A stretch of 64,000 bases of DNA from Terriglobia bacterium (GCA_020073085.1 JAIQFV010000002.1:376875-440874), one strand, 5' to 3'; shown: positions 40,124 through 50,822, counted from the stretch's first letter. Notes: generated from the letters alone by a model not told the origin. Translations and numbers: made by a program.

Positions 40124-40409
40124 AGGGCCTCGGGGAGTCAGTGATTCGTCGGATCGACCTCTTTGCGGACACACGGCGCTTTGTTTGGAATCCAGCCTAA
40201 GGACGAGGAGTGGTTCTGACCGAAGTACTCTCAGACAGGCGCGCTGAGTTTGGATCGGGGGCTCGTCGCCCCGCAGACGGCCCGACGACAAGGTCCCATC
40301 ATGATGATATCGGAATCGGCTCGAATTTTCACCTGTTGAAATTCCTGAGCTTTACAATTGCATCAGACATGAGTTTGCGTTAGATTGATTCATTAGCTGT
40401 CCCCTACTT

Positions 40410-41162
40410 ATGCGCTACCTGATCATAACTGACGTGCACTCCAACCTGGATGCCCTGGACGCGGTGTTCCAGGCCGAGTCGGAGAACTACGAACAGGTCC
40501 TGTGTTGTGGCGACGTGGTGGGCTATGGGCCAAGCCCGAACGAGGTGATCGAGCGGTTGATTGCCTGTGAGGCGACGGTCATCCGCGGGAACCACGACAA
40601 GGTCGCTTGTGGCATTGATGATACGGCATGGTTTAACGAATCGGCAGAAAGGGCGATCCTTTGGACGCGCAGAGAGCTCACCCCGGACTACCAGAAGTTT
40701 CTTCTGGATTTGCCGGAAGGGCCCTGGATTTCATCGCACCACGGATTTCAACTCGTTCACGGCTCCCTCCTCGATGAAGACCAGTATCTTTATGACGAAG
40801 GCGATGCCTACGACGCCTTGAAAGCCACCACGGTGCCCATCACGTTCTTTGGCCATACGCATCTGCCTTGCTTCTTTGCCCTGAACAGCCGCGGGGACCT
40901 CATTTCCGAATTTATTGACGAGACCACCCCGCAAAGCAGAGCCACCATTCGACTGGATGAAAGCACTCATTATCTGATAAATCCCGGCTCCGTCGGACAG
41001 CCGCGTGACCGGGATCCCCGGGCAGGCTATGCGCTCTTTGACCCCGACAAAAGGACTGTGGAATTGAAGCGGGTTGAGTACGACATTGAAGCGGTGCAGG
41101 AGAAAATGGAGAAAAAGGGGTTGCCTGAATATCTTATTCAGCGTCTCGCGGTCGGAAGATGA
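40410..41162 (+). CDS. metallophosphoesterase (calcineurin-like)
   Basis: DVHSN, GDVVGYGP and GNHD metal-binding motifs. Confidence 0.75.
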   Translation: MRYLIITDVHSNLDALDAVFQAESENYEQVLCCGDVVGYGPSPNEVIERLIACEATVIRGNHDKVACGIDDTAWFNESAERAILWTRRELTPDYQKFLLDLPEGPWISSHHGFQLVHGSLLDEDQYLYDEGDAYDALKATTVPITFFGHTHLPCFFALNSRGDLISEFIDETTPQSRATIRLDESTHYLINPGSVGQPRDRDPRAGYALFDPDKRTVELKRVEYDIEAVQEKMEKKGLPEYLIQRLAVGR

Positions 41163-41226
41163 ATTTCCGGGGATGTCCGCCGCAACCGGCCGGGGCCGCT
41201 TCGGAGAGCTCCAAGGACGTCCAACT

Positions 41227-41751
41227 TCAGGGCCGGTAACCTTCCGGATAGCGCCGGGCGAGGTCCACGTAAATTTCCTTGAAACGCGTCCACTCCTGCT
41301 TGTAATTCTCATCGATGGTTTTTTCGAGCAGCTTTGCGGGAACCCCGACGGCGATGCGCTCCGGCGGAATTTCCATGCGTTGCCGCACGACCGCCCCTTC
41401 GGCCACCACCGCCCATCGACCTACCCGGGCCCAGTCACTCACGATCGCGCCCATCCCCACCACGACATAGTCGTCGATGAGGGCGACGTTATGGATGATG
41501 GACGCGTGACCCAGGGTCACCCAGTTGCCGAGGGTGGTCTGCTCTCCCGGGCGTGCATGGATCACGCAGTTGTCCTCGACACTGGTGAAATCACCAATGA
41601 CGATCCGCCCGTAATCGCCACGCAGCCGGGCGCCCGGCCCGATCCAACATTGTTTTCCGACCTGAACGTTTCCAAAAACATCCGCACTGGGGTGAATGTA
41701 AGTCCCCTCTCCGATGACGGGGACGTGCTCCTCAAACCGAAAGACAGCCAT
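41227..41751 (-). CDS. gamma-class carbonic anhydrase-like / hexapeptide-repeat protein
   Basis: Left-handed beta-helix hexapeptide repeats with conserved His residues; GGAGGG ribosome-binding site before ATG 41751. Confidence 0.8.
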   Translation of the reverse strand: MAVFRFEEHVPVIGEGTYIHPSADVFGNVQVGKQCWIGPGARLRGDYGRIVIGDFTSVEDNCVIHARPGEQTTLGNWVTLGHASIIHNVALIDDYVVVGMGAIVSDWARVGRWAVVAEGAVVRQRMEIPPERIAVGVPAKLLEKTIDENYKQEWTRFKEIYVDLARRYPEGYRP

Positions 41752-41904
41752 GGGATTCCCTCCGCGGTTCAGACGGGCCATCATACCAGAGGTGGGGGCG
41801 GGCGAGGGGAGGAAGCCCGGAAGCCGACATGGAAAAGGAGGCGAGGCAAGCACACTCAATAAGCGTCCTTGCCCCGCGATGAAGTCAATATGAAGAGCGT
41901 AGGA

Positions 41905-42246
41905 TCATTTGGCTGCTTCAATGGAAACGACGTCAATGGTCTTCCCATCCTTTTCGAGCGAACCCTTTACGACCACCGCTTCGCCCGCAAAGGCCTTGGG
42001 CTTTTGCTGGTCTGAAAGTGCGTAAACCTTCTTGTGGGTCTCATCCGCCAGGATGTACTTTGCACCCTTGCTGACGCAAGCTTCCGTACACTGCTTATCG
42101 GACAAGTCCGGCATCATGTGCTTGAGGCCGCACATGCTGTCGCCGATCTTTCCCGTGAAGGTCGCATCTTTGGCGAATACGGCGGTCGCAAGGGAAAGCG
42201 TGAAAGCCGCCACCACCACAAGGACAGTCAGAGTTTTTCTGTTCAT
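41905..42246 (-). CDS. hypothetical secreted protein
   Basis: Signal peptide (MNRKTLTVLVVVAAFTLSLATAVFA); AAAGGAG ribosome-binding site. Confidence 0.4.
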   Translation of the reverse strand: MNRKTLTVLVVVAAFTLSLATAVFAKDATFTGKIGDSMCGLKHMMPDLSDKQCTEACVSKGAKYILADETHKKVYALSDQQKPKAFAGEAVVVKGSLEKDGKTIDVVSIEAAK

Positions 42247-42318
42247 CTTTTTCTCCTTTTCGAATCTTATCGGAGAGGGACAACGTGCAAGCCCGCCCGT
42301 TACTTGCCCGAATCTCAT

Positions 42319-42338
42319 GGGTGTCAGGCCTGACACCC
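42319..42338. promoter_or_regulatory. perfect 20 bp palindrome GGGTGTCAGGCCTGACACCC (possible operator or terminator)
   Basis: Perfect dyad symmetry in the divergent promoter region between the genes starting at 42246 (minus) and 42603 (plus). Confidence 0.3.
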
Positions 42339-42602
42339 TCTCCAAATTGTGTTCGCTACAAGTAAAGCCTATCTCACTCCGGGCGGATATGACTGTGAGT
42401 ATTCTTACAGCCGATGCAAATTGATGTAACCGGCGTTTGCGAAAGGCGGGGTGGCATCAGCCGGGGGCGATCCTTCACTCGATGGCCCCGTGGGAGGACG
42501 GCAGAGGGGATCCGCGGTATCTTCCCCCTGTAACGGGTTGCATTTGAAATCTGTTTACGGACGATGTCATGATAGGAGATACTCTTTCGAAATTGGTGGA
42601 CT

Positions 42603-43484
42603 TTGATGAATGAGCGATTCGTTGTGAACCCCTGCCTTTCGCGAAAAGGGCACTCTGCGCCCCACCTGCAGCGTCGCACGAGTGCATCGGACCATGTCTC
42701 ATGCGCCTTGTGGTTGCTTTGTGCGTTGCTGCTGGGCACCATGCCGGGCCTCCCCGCCCAAACGGGGCCTTCCACTGAAAAACCTCTCCCTGACCTTCAG
42801 TCGATCTTGACAGGGATGGCGAAGCACAACCAATTTCGCGATCACACCCTCCAGACGTATTCTGTCGATCGGATTTACAAGGTCGAAAACAAACGATTTA
42901 ACAAATCGGCTGAAGTGGTCGCCAGGATGATCTTTGTCGCCCCCGGAGAGAAGCTCTTCGAAATTCATTCCACCGCGGGCACCGGGTTTATGCGCAAGGG
43001 TGTGATTAACCGCATCATCGAAACCGAGCAGAAAAATGCGGTGCCGGACCAACAGTCCAAATCCGCGATCAGTCCCGACAACTACACGTTTCAATTGCTG
43101 GGCCGAGAGGTGCGCAAGGGGCGTGAGCAGTATGTGCTGCATGCGAAGCCCCGGCGAAAGGATCTGCTGCTCTTCGATGCCAAAATCTGGGTGGACGCCG
43201 AGGATTTCGCAGTCACCCGGATCGAAGGGCGCCCCGCGAAAAACCCCTCCTTCTGGACCCGCAAGGTTGATTTCACTCACGAATATGAGAAGTTCGGACC
43301 CTATTGGATGCCAGTTCGAAACCGCTCCATGACCCAGGTGTTCATATTCGGACAGACCACCACCGAAATCGTTTATTCGAATTATCAAATCAACAAGCCG
43401 GAGCTAGCGGAGCGAGCCGCAGAGATCCGAAGACGAGGGGACAAGCTGGAAATACAGATTGATTCGAAAGATAAGAAACAGTAA
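42603..43484 (+). CDS. hypothetical secreted protein (possibly LolA-like fold)
   Basis: Signal peptide (ALWLLCALLLGTMPGLPAQ); no firm family assignment. Confidence 0.35.
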   Translation: MMNERFVVNPCLSRKGHSAPHLQRRTSASDHVSCALWLLCALLLGTMPGLPAQTGPSTEKPLPDLQSILTGMAKHNQFRDHTLQTYSVDRIYKVENKRFNKSAEVVARMIFVAPGEKLFEIHSTAGTGFMRKGVINRIIETEQKNAVPDQQSKSAISPDNYTFQLLGREVRKGREQYVLHAKPRRKDLLLFDAKIWVDAEDFAVTRIEGRPAKNPSFWTRKVDFTHEYEKFGPYWMPVRNRSMTQVFIFGQTTTEIVYSNYQINKPELAERAAEIRRRGDKLEIQIDSKDKKQ

Positions 43485-43489
43485 AAGCA

Positions 43490-43675
43490 AGTTGCCAGTT
43501 GCCAGTTTTCAGTTGTCAGTGGGAAGGTGCAAGAGTCGGCGGCCGGAAGACGGGAACCGGAAGCCAGAAGTCAGAGGTCAGAAACAAAAGGCGTGGAATT
43601 GTAGACTTTGAACTTTGAACCTGGAACTTTGAACCGGGGTTTCAGGACTTTGAACTTGAAACTTTGAACTGTTCT
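43490..43675. repeat. low-complexity intergenic block (GTTGCCAGTT, GGAAG/CCAGAAG and CTTTGAAC motif runs)
   Basis: Three different simple-motif runs fill the gap between convergent stops; arms are not clearly complementary. Confidence 0.6.
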
Positions 43676-43680
43676 TAATC

Positions 43681-45480
43681 TTAGGAAATTTGGACTACCT
43701 CATCCCCCACCAATCGTTCATCCCTTACGGCATGCCCAACTGAGAAGTGATAGACCACCTGGCCACGGTCCGGGGTGAGCTGAAGGAATTCATGGACGGC
43801 GTCATCATAGAAAGCCCCGATGCCGGTCGCATTGAATCCGAGCGCTTCAGCGGCCAGGTAGAGCTGTTGTCCGATGAACCCGGCTTCATTGTGGCAGTAC
43901 CGGTAGGCGCGATTGCCGAAGGCCTTCAGGGCTATGTCGAGATCGGCCACCATCGAAAACGTAACGCACGAATTTCCGGCGAGCGACTGCTCCAGACTCA
44001 GGTAGGCAGCGGCGTGTTGTATATTAGCCTTGGCGTATTGCTCCAGGGCGTGCTGCCGCGGATGGTAAAGATAGAGGCCCGCCTCCAGATCCCGGACCCG
44101 GTGCACATAAAGATAGAGACGGATCCAGTCACGACCCCGGATTGCTTCTTCCAGGACCGTATGATCCTTTGACGGCAGATTCATTTTCCAGTCCGCACAA
44201 AACCCCGCCTGCGCAGCCGACATTAACGCGGAGAATTGTTCGAAAGTGATGTCTCCTTTTTGCGGATCGTAATTCAGAGCGGAGCGGCGTCGCCTCACCA
44301 CGGTCCCGATAATCTCGCAGGGTAGGGCGACAGCCGGGAGATTGATCCGCGGATGTTCGAACTCCTCACCCGCTCTCTCGGGCTCCGGCGTCAGTGCTTG
44401 GGAAGGGAACTCATCAACATCAAGAAGCAGGGTCGATTGATGCACGGCGTCAATCAGGGGATACGGGACGACCTGGTCCGAAAGTGCATTCGGCGTTCCC
44501 ACGATCGGCGTGAGGCAGACGTCCTTGTCTGCCTCCATTTGCGAATTTCCGGAGACGCGCTCTCCGCGATCCGGCGAATTTCTTGCCGGAGGTCTTTCTA
44601 AATCCTCCCGCCGCGGCCAAAGTGGCAGGATTAACATTGGCCATTCGTCTGTCTGATCGATCCCCAGGATTTCTGCGACGGCTCCGTCAGGAAAATTGCC
44701 GACCAGGCATCCGTTGAAACCGAGCGCTCGGGCGGCCACGAGAATGGAGGCCGTTGCGTGACCCAGATCATGATTGCAATACCGGTAAGCGCGGCTGCGG
44801 TATTTCCAGGCCTCACGCCAGAAGATGGACGTGAGGACAACAATGATCGGGCATTGGGCGATCCAGGGCTTCTTGACCAAGCCCGCAAGGGGGGCCGACA
44901 GGCTGCCTTGCCGGCGGCATTCCAGCTCATGCTCGAGCACGAAATAGTGATAAATCCCGTCTCGTAAGCCCTGGCAGCCGTTCGTGATGAGATGGGCTTC
45001 GGTGGGATGCAAGTTTCCGGACGAAGGATTGACGCGCAGGGAATAGCGGATGTCTGTCCCCCGGATCTGCTTCCACGCGCTGATCGCCATGGAATGCCAC
45101 AACAGGTTGCCCAGCAGGACGTTCCCGTGGATCGGGCTACCGCCGCTGGTTGCATTCGCCTCTGGGAAGGAACGCGGGTTTCTCAATTGGGAATGGCTCA
45201 GCAAGATCGGCAGCGTCTCGATGACAGGCAACTTCGAATCACGCGGCAACCTGATGGTTTCCGCACCTCGGTAGGAGCGAAAGGGGTTGGGCTGATTTGC
45301 CCAATCGAGGTAATGTGCATGGGTTCGAACGGATTCATAAGTGTGTTTAGTGTTCTCGTGGTAAGAGAGCGCCCGAAGAATCTCTCCGTTTAGAGATTTC
45401 ACCCGGTTTCCCGGCGTTGAAATGGTCATAGAAGGATCCGCTGCAGCGACTTTCTTCGGCGCGACAGGGCGGTCAATCAA
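43681..45480 (-). CDS. SagB/ThcOx-type dehydrogenase (tandem nitroreductase-like domains)
   Basis: Two nitroreductase-fold halves with the conserved RxxxSxG...YRYxxH region typical of SagB-type dehydrogenases; start uncertain (TTG 45480 or ATG 45429). Confidence 0.6.
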   Translation of the reverse strand: MIDRPVAPKKVAAADPSMTISTPGNRVKSLNGEILRALSYHENTKHTYESVRTHAHYLDWANQPNPFRSYRGAETIRLPRDSKLPVIETLPILLSHSQLRNPRSFPEANATSGGSPIHGNVLLGNLLWHSMAISAWKQIRGTDIRYSLRVNPSSGNLHPTEAHLITNGCQGLRDGIYHYFVLEHELECRRQGSLSAPLAGLVKKPWIAQCPIIVVLTSIFWREAWKYRSRAYRYCNHDLGHATASILVAARALGFNGCLVGNFPDGAVAEILGIDQTDEWPMLILPLWPRREDLERPPARNSPDRGERVSGNSQMEADKDVCLTPIVGTPNALSDQVVPYPLIDAVHQSTLLLDVDEFPSQALTPEPERAGEEFEHPRINLPAVALPCEIIGTVVRRRRSALNYDPQKGDITFEQFSALMSAAQAGFCADWKMNLPSKDHTVLEEAIRGRDWIRLYLYVHRVRDLEAGLYLYHPRQHALEQYAKANIQHAAAYLSLEQSLAGNSCVTFSMVADLDIALKAFGNRAYRYCHNEAGFIGQQLYLAAEALGFNATGIGAFYDDAVHEFLQLTPDRGQVVYHFSVGHAVRDERLVGDEVVQIS

Positions 45481-45567
45481 ATTGGATAACGGTCCGTCAA
45501 GATTTTAACAGATGAGGGGGGCAACCCGATTGGATTCTTCCAGAAGGCCGTCAAGGACCGGTCCTTC

Positions 45568-48500
45568 TCATGCCTGTTTCTTCCGATGTCGGGTGAGTGG
45601 CAGCGGATTCGGCGGGCTGGGAGTGCCACTGTCCAGAATTTCGCGAACCTTGCGTACGAGAGTATCCGGCGTGAACGGCTTTTCAAGGAAGTGCGTGGAC
45701 GAATCGAGGATGGAATGGTGACCGATGACATCATCCGTGTAACCGGACATGAACAGCACTTTCAGGTCCGGACGGCGCGAGTGGAGGAGTTTGACTAGTT
45801 CAGGGCCATTCATCTCCGGCATGACCACATCGCTGAGGATCATTTGAATCGGGACCGGGCTTTGTTCACAGAGTTCAACGGCTTCCTTGGAGTTGCGGGC
45901 TTCCTGGACGGTATAACCATTCATCTCCAAGGTCTCACGCACCAGGGCACGGACCCCCACTTCGTCCTCAACCAGAAGGATGGTCTCGGAGCCCCGCCGC
46001 GGGAAGGCAAGGGATTCCTGTTTAAGGGTCTCTGAGAGCGCTTCTTCAACGCGTGGCAGATAAATCTTGATGGTCGTGCCGCGCCCCGGCTCGCTGTACA
46101 CACGCACATTGCCGGCACTTTGTTTGATGATTCCAAACACCGTGGAAAGTCCGAGGCCGGTCCCTTTCCCGCGCTCTTTGGTCGTAAAGAACGGCTCAAA
46201 GATGCGATCCTGTGTTTCCTTGTTCATTCCCGTCCCGGTATCACTCACCGCCAGCATCACGTAGGGGCCCGGATGGTAGGCCAGATGCCGGTGAGCAAAG
46301 CTCTCTTCAAGCTCGACGTTCCGGGTTTCGATGATTAACCTCCCGCCCTGGGGCATGGCGTCGCGCGCATTTACTACCAGGTTCATGATCACCTGTTCCA
46401 ACTGCCCGGCATCGGCCTTCACGCGGCCCAGGGCGGGGTCGAGGTGGGCGACCAACTTAATGTCCTCCCCGACCAGCCGATGCAGCATCCCTTTCATTCC
46501 CTCTGCGATCGCGTTCAAATCCAGGATGGTCGGCTTGAGAACCTGTTTCCGGCTGAAGGTGAGCAGTTGCCGCGTCAGGGCCGTGGCGCGGTCAGCGGCT
46601 TTCTTGATCTCATCCAGGCTTCGACGGTGAGGGTCTTCCTCGGGGAACTGCATCGCAAGCAGGTTGGAGTACCCTGCAATGGTCGTGAGGATATTGTTAA
46701 AGTCGTGGGCCAAGCCTCCGGCCAGTCTGCCCACCGCTTCCATCTTTTTCGAATGTTGAAGTTCCTCTTCGAGGGCGCGACGCTCGGTCACGTCGCGGGC
46801 GATGACCTGAACCCCGATGGTCTCTTTGCCGTGGTGAATGGGACGGCTGCTGATTTCCAGTTTGATCCGACGCCCGCCCTTCGCGATGACGTCCAGTTCC
46901 TGCGTGCGGGCGGAGCCCTCCGCGGATTCCTGTTCGAGGATGTGGCGGGCGACCTCCGCGCTTTCCGGATCGACCAACTGGGCAATGTTCAAGGTGCGAA
47001 GGGCCTCCTGCCGGGTGTATCCGAATATATTTTCACCGGCCTTGTTCAAGGAAATGAAGCGGCCCTTCAAATCGGCCGTGAAAATGATATCGTTGGCATT
47101 CTCAAATAGCTCACGGTAGCGAAGGGCGCTTTCGGTGAGCGCCTCTTCGGCCTGACGTCTCTTGCTGATGTCCTCCACCACGCTGATAAAGTGCCTGGGC
47201 TCCCCTGAGGAATCCCGCCGCAAGGAGACCGTCATATGCACCCAGATTGTGGAACCATCCTTGCGGCGATAGCGCTTTCCTGCGCTGTAGGACGGGATCT
47301 CCCTCATCAGGAGTTGCCGGCGGGCCGCAAGGTCGGCCTCAACCTCTTCGGGGTAAGAAATATCCTGGAACCGCATCGAGAGTATCTCATCCCGGGTATA
47401 CCCGAGGATGTCGCAGAGGCGTCGGTTCACCACCAGAAATTTGCCGTCCATCCCGGTATGGGTGATGCCGACCGGCGCTTCGTCGAAGGTCGCCAGGTAA
47501 AGTTCTTCGCTTTCACGCAGCGCTTCCTCCGCACGCTTGCGCTCGGTCACGTCTGCAAGCGTCCCGGAGACGCCGATGATCTTATTTGTTGGGTCGACCA
47601 TGGGCCGGGCATGAGTTTCGATCCACTTAAACGCTCCACCGCGAGTCAGGTATCGGACTTCACAACGGCAATCCTCCCCGGGATGTTCAAAGAGGGTCTG
47701 AAATTTCTCTGTAATGTAATTTCGGTCTCCGGGATGAACATAGTCCAGGAGATGCTTCCCCAGGCTCTCTTCCACCGTGAAACCGGTAATCTCCGCCCAT
47801 GCCGGATTCAAAATGACCCATCGACGACTGGGATCGACCTGGAAGATCACCTCTCTCACACTATCGACGAGCAGCCGATACCTTTGCTCGCTGTCCTGCA
47901 GGTCGCGGGAGGCGGTAGAGCGGGAGGCTTCGAAGTGTCGGTTCAGAGTCTCCAGTTCAGCCATCCGCGCTTCCAAGTCCTGGTTGAGTGTCTGGATTGT
48001 TTCATCGGCTCGCTTTCGCTCGGTCATATCCCGGGTCACTTTGGAGAACCCTCGCAACCTTCCCTGTCGGTCGCGCAAGGCGGTAATGACCACATCGGCC
48101 CAGAACTCCGATCCATCCTTCCTGACCCGCCATCCTTCGTCTTCGAGCCAGCCTTCCCGGGCGGCGGTTCGAAGCTGCAGCTGTGGCTTGCCGGCTCGAA
48201 CGTCTGCCTCGGTGTAAAAACACGAAAAGTTGCGCCCGATGATCTCTTCCGCCCCGTATCCCTTGATGTGCTCTGCGCCCGGGTTCCAGCTGGTGACATT
48301 CCCCGTTCGATCCAGCATGAAGATGGCATAATCCCTGACGCTCTCAACGAGCAAACGAAAACGCTCTTCGCTCGTCTGTAACGACCTGGTCTTGAGGGCC
48401 AGGCCAGAATCAGAACGGGGTTTACCCTGGGTTTGAAGATCACCCTGATACGCTCTCCTGCGGGATCTTCCTGTGCTTTTCCCGCCTTCCTTTCGCAGGA

Positions 48501-48927
48501 CTTCACGAACAGCGGAAGAGACCTTCTTCACACTGGATATAAGGGTCGCGTCAGGTACACCCGGGCCCTTCATCCTCCTGCGCGCTTCTTTGCGGTGGGG
48601 GTCGGTAATGAGGATCCAGGGGATATCGGTTTTCTCTGACGGGATAATTCGAGCAGCGTGGGCTGCTACGGACGGGGGTCTCTTCTCCATGGCCAGAATG
48701 ATGTTGGGGGCGAAGTCTTTGATATGCTTGGCGAAAGCCCGCTCACTTCTGACCCGCTTCGCCGTGAAATCGATCCGGGCGCGGCGCAGTTGGCGCTCGA
48801 TCAACTCCGCATCAGTCGGGCTGGTCCGAACCAGGAGAATCCGCGCTTCGTGGTTCATCGGCGAACCTTCCACTTTCCCCGTCATAGGCCGCGAAATGAC
48901 GGGTGTGCCCAGGACTTGCAGCGGCAA
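45568..48927 (-). CDS. hybrid sensor histidine kinase with multiple PAS domains and C-terminal receiver domain
   Basis: Repeated PAS modules, HisKA phosphoacceptor His (LAHDFNN), HATPase_c motifs, C-terminal receiver (LLVEDE...D...K); start uncertain (48927, 48885 or 48858). Confidence 0.85.
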   Translation of the reverse strand: MPLQVLGTPVISRPMTGKVEGSPMNHEARILLVRTSPTDAELIERQLRRARIDFTAKRVRSERAFAKHIKDFAPNIILAMEKRPPSVAAHAARIIPSEKTDIPWILITDPHRKEARRRMKGPGVPDATLISSVKKVSSAVREVLRKEGGKSTGRSRRRAYQGDLQTQGKPRSDSGLALKTRSLQTSEERFRLLVESVRDYAIFMLDRTGNVTSWNPGAEHIKGYGAEEIIGRNFSCFYTEADVRAGKPQLQLRTAAREGWLEDEGWRVRKDGSEFWADVVITALRDRQGRLRGFSKVTRDMTERKRADETIQTLNQDLEARMAELETLNRHFEASRSTASRDLQDSEQRYRLLVDSVREVIFQVDPSRRWVILNPAWAEITGFTVEESLGKHLLDYVHPGDRNYITEKFQTLFEHPGEDCRCEVRYLTRGGAFKWIETHARPMVDPTNKIIGVSGTLADVTERKRAEEALRESEELYLATFDEAPVGITHTGMDGKFLVVNRRLCDILGYTRDEILSMRFQDISYPEEVEADLAARRQLLMREIPSYSAGKRYRRKDGSTIWVHMTVSLRRDSSGEPRHFISVVEDISKRRQAEEALTESALRYRELFENANDIIFTADLKGRFISLNKAGENIFGYTRQEALRTLNIAQLVDPESAEVARHILEQESAEGSARTQELDVIAKGGRRIKLEISSRPIHHGKETIGVQVIARDVTERRALEEELQHSKKMEAVGRLAGGLAHDFNNILTTIAGYSNLLAMQFPEEDPHRRSLDEIKKAADRATALTRQLLTFSRKQVLKPTILDLNAIAEGMKGMLHRLVGEDIKLVAHLDPALGRVKADAGQLEQVIMNLVVNARDAMPQGGRLIIETRNVELEESFAHRHLAYHPGPYVMLAVSDTGTGMNKETQDRIFEPFFTTKERGKGTGLGLSTVFGIIKQSAGNVRVYSEPGRGTTIKIYLPRVEEALSETLKQESLAFPRRGSETILLVEDEVGVRALVRETLEMNGYTVQEARNSKEAVELCEQSPVPIQMILSDVVMPEMNGPELVKLLHSRRPDLKVLFMSGYTDDVIGHHSILDSSTHFLEKPFTPDTLVRKVREILDSGTPSPPNPLPLTRHRKKQA

Positions 48928-49273
48928 CGAGCACAGGGGCCATCAAAAATCATTCTCAACGGTGATCAGGGGGCGGGGGAGATTATAAGTGGGACGTTCA
49001 AAGGGTGCACGAAAGCCCACCGAAAAATATGATTTGGATTTCTGCGACGCAGACTCTATTCCCCAGAAGAGCCCATCGGCCGCTTTCGGGCAACGAAAAA
49101 TTGCCCTCTACCCCGGACAGTCACCATTGTTTGATGTCCTATTCTACACCTCTTCTTGAACTAAAGCCTGGAATGCTCAAGAGATAATTTTCACAAATGG
49201 GAAGAGTGAGTGCGGTGGGTGAGGCGAGGGCGCGGGCCACGGCTCAATCGCATGGAAGGGGAATGTAGATCCG

Positions 49274-50509
49274 TTAATCCAGGACCAGCACGGCCATCTT
49301 GCCGTCGGTGATGAGTTTGTCGCCCGTGGCGTTACTGCTCTCCTTGGGAACGGCCGGCCGATCAACCAGGAAGTAGCTCTTGGCCTTGCCGGAAAGAAGC
49401 AGATCGTACATCACCTTGGAGCGCTCGCGGTCAATTTGGGAATCGATCTTGTGGATGAAAGTTCTGTTTTCGGGTGAAAACTCGATGGCGATATCATGGG
49501 TGGCGGCACAAACCCAGACCCCTTTTCCTTCAAAAGTATCGGGACGCCTCCAGATGCGGAGATGGTGGCGTTTGGAGAAGGTGTTGTTTTGCTTTTGAAA
49601 GACCAGGTCGGGCTTATTTCCATCGAGCAAGAGGATGGACATCGGGGCTTCTTTGTACCCCCGGTTTTCGACGACCGCACGGACTGTTTCCAGACCCGAT
49701 TGGGAATTCAAAGCGGCGGCAGCGACCCACCCCGCCGCTGTGAAGGCTGCTTCGACTTGCTCCTGGGATCCCACGTACATCAGGTTCGTCATGTCCGAGG
49801 GTTTGGGCGGTTTTTCCGCGATCGTTTGAAACGGCTCAGCATTGACGAGCCTGGTGAGTTGAGGATCAGGGGAGCCGGAACCGTCCTTGTAGCCACCCGT
49901 TGCCCCTGCCAGACCGCTCAAATCCGGCTTGTCGAGGATCTGCAGCGTCATCTCTACGCCCGGTGAATAATCGATCTCCGGCTGCGGCTCCTTGATAATG
50001 GCTCCCTTTGCGGCAGTCAAGATATCGGCCAGTCCCGCCAATTTACCGCCCATCTTTCCCAAGCCTTCATCCATTCTTGAAGCCAGGGTTTCTGAGGCAA
50101 GAATGCCTACAATCCCTCCCTTGTCATCGACGGTCTCCCGGGCGTTATCCACGCCAACGACCTTAGTTGTCAGCTTAATCTTCTTGCCGCTCGACACTTC
50201 CAGTTGGTTGAAATCCAGGAGCAGGTATGCGCGTTGATCGGCTTTCCCGTCGGTCGACTTGACCTCTTTGATCTTTCCGTACAACTTCGTGCCCGGCGGG
50301 ATGACAGATTTGGTTCCCATCCGGACCGGGGCGAGAACGACCCCCTCGACGCTGTCTCCAGCCTTGGAGCTATTGCTGGCGACCTTCGAGGCGAGTCGAA
50401 TGTCCATTTCCGTCTTGGACGAAGGCTTGATAACGATGGGCAGTGTCAGGGTAGAAGACACCGCAAGAATGAACCCAGCGGCGAGAAGTCTTCGAATAAG
50501 CATAAGCAT
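49274..50509 (-). CDS. secreted protein with LssY-C-terminal-like domain
   Basis: Signal peptide; C-terminal region with conserved HH...W...HDI...HKID motifs reminiscent of the LssY C-terminal family. Confidence 0.35.
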   Translation of the reverse strand: MLMLIRRLLAAGFILAVSSTLTLPIVIKPSSKTEMDIRLASKVASNSSKAGDSVEGVVLAPVRMGTKSVIPPGTKLYGKIKEVKSTDGKADQRAYLLLDFNQLEVSSGKKIKLTTKVVGVDNARETVDDKGGIVGILASETLASRMDEGLGKMGGKLAGLADILTAAKGAIIKEPQPEIDYSPGVEMTLQILDKPDLSGLAGATGGYKDGSGSPDPQLTRLVNAEPFQTIAEKPPKPSDMTNLMYVGSQEQVEAAFTAAGWVAAAALNSQSGLETVRAVVENRGYKEAPMSILLLDGNKPDLVFQKQNNTFSKRHHLRIWRRPDTFEGKGVWVCAATHDIAIEFSPENRTFIHKIDSQIDRERSKVMYDLLLSGKAKSYFLVDRPAVPKESSNATGDKLITDGKMAVLVLD

Positions 50510-50556
50510 CCACTCTACTCGGAGTTCCGACTTTAACGATCAATAATCTTACCCAA

Positions 50557-50780
50557 CAAGTCTTAAAATCCAAAATCCAAATTCCAAAATCCAAACAAAA
50601 CCCAAAAAGAACAAATTCCAAGAGGCAGAAGACCGACAATCCAGTGAGGGCATTAACGGAAAAATGCCGCTTCACCTGTTGTCACGGTTTTGTGCTGTTC
50701 CGTCTAAGATTTGTTATTTGGGGTTTGAGAACTTGCTGGGCAATTAATACTTGTTTGGAATTTGGTATTTGGATTTTCCG
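50557..50780. repeat. bipartite intergenic element (AAATCCAAAATCC / TTTGGAATTTGG flavour)
   Basis: Left arm cttaaaatccaaaatccaaattccaaaatccaaac pairs with right arm ttgtttggaatttggtatttggattttcc. Confidence 0.7.
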
Positions 50781-50822
50781 AATCGACATATCGTCCCTGC
50801 TGACCCGGAGGCAGTCTGCTTT

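Noticed and set aside
43681-45480. A thiazole/oxazole-modified peptide (TOMM) biosynthetic cluster around the SagB-type gene
   Set aside because: No YcaO cyclodehydratase, precursor peptide or export genes in the neighbourhood.
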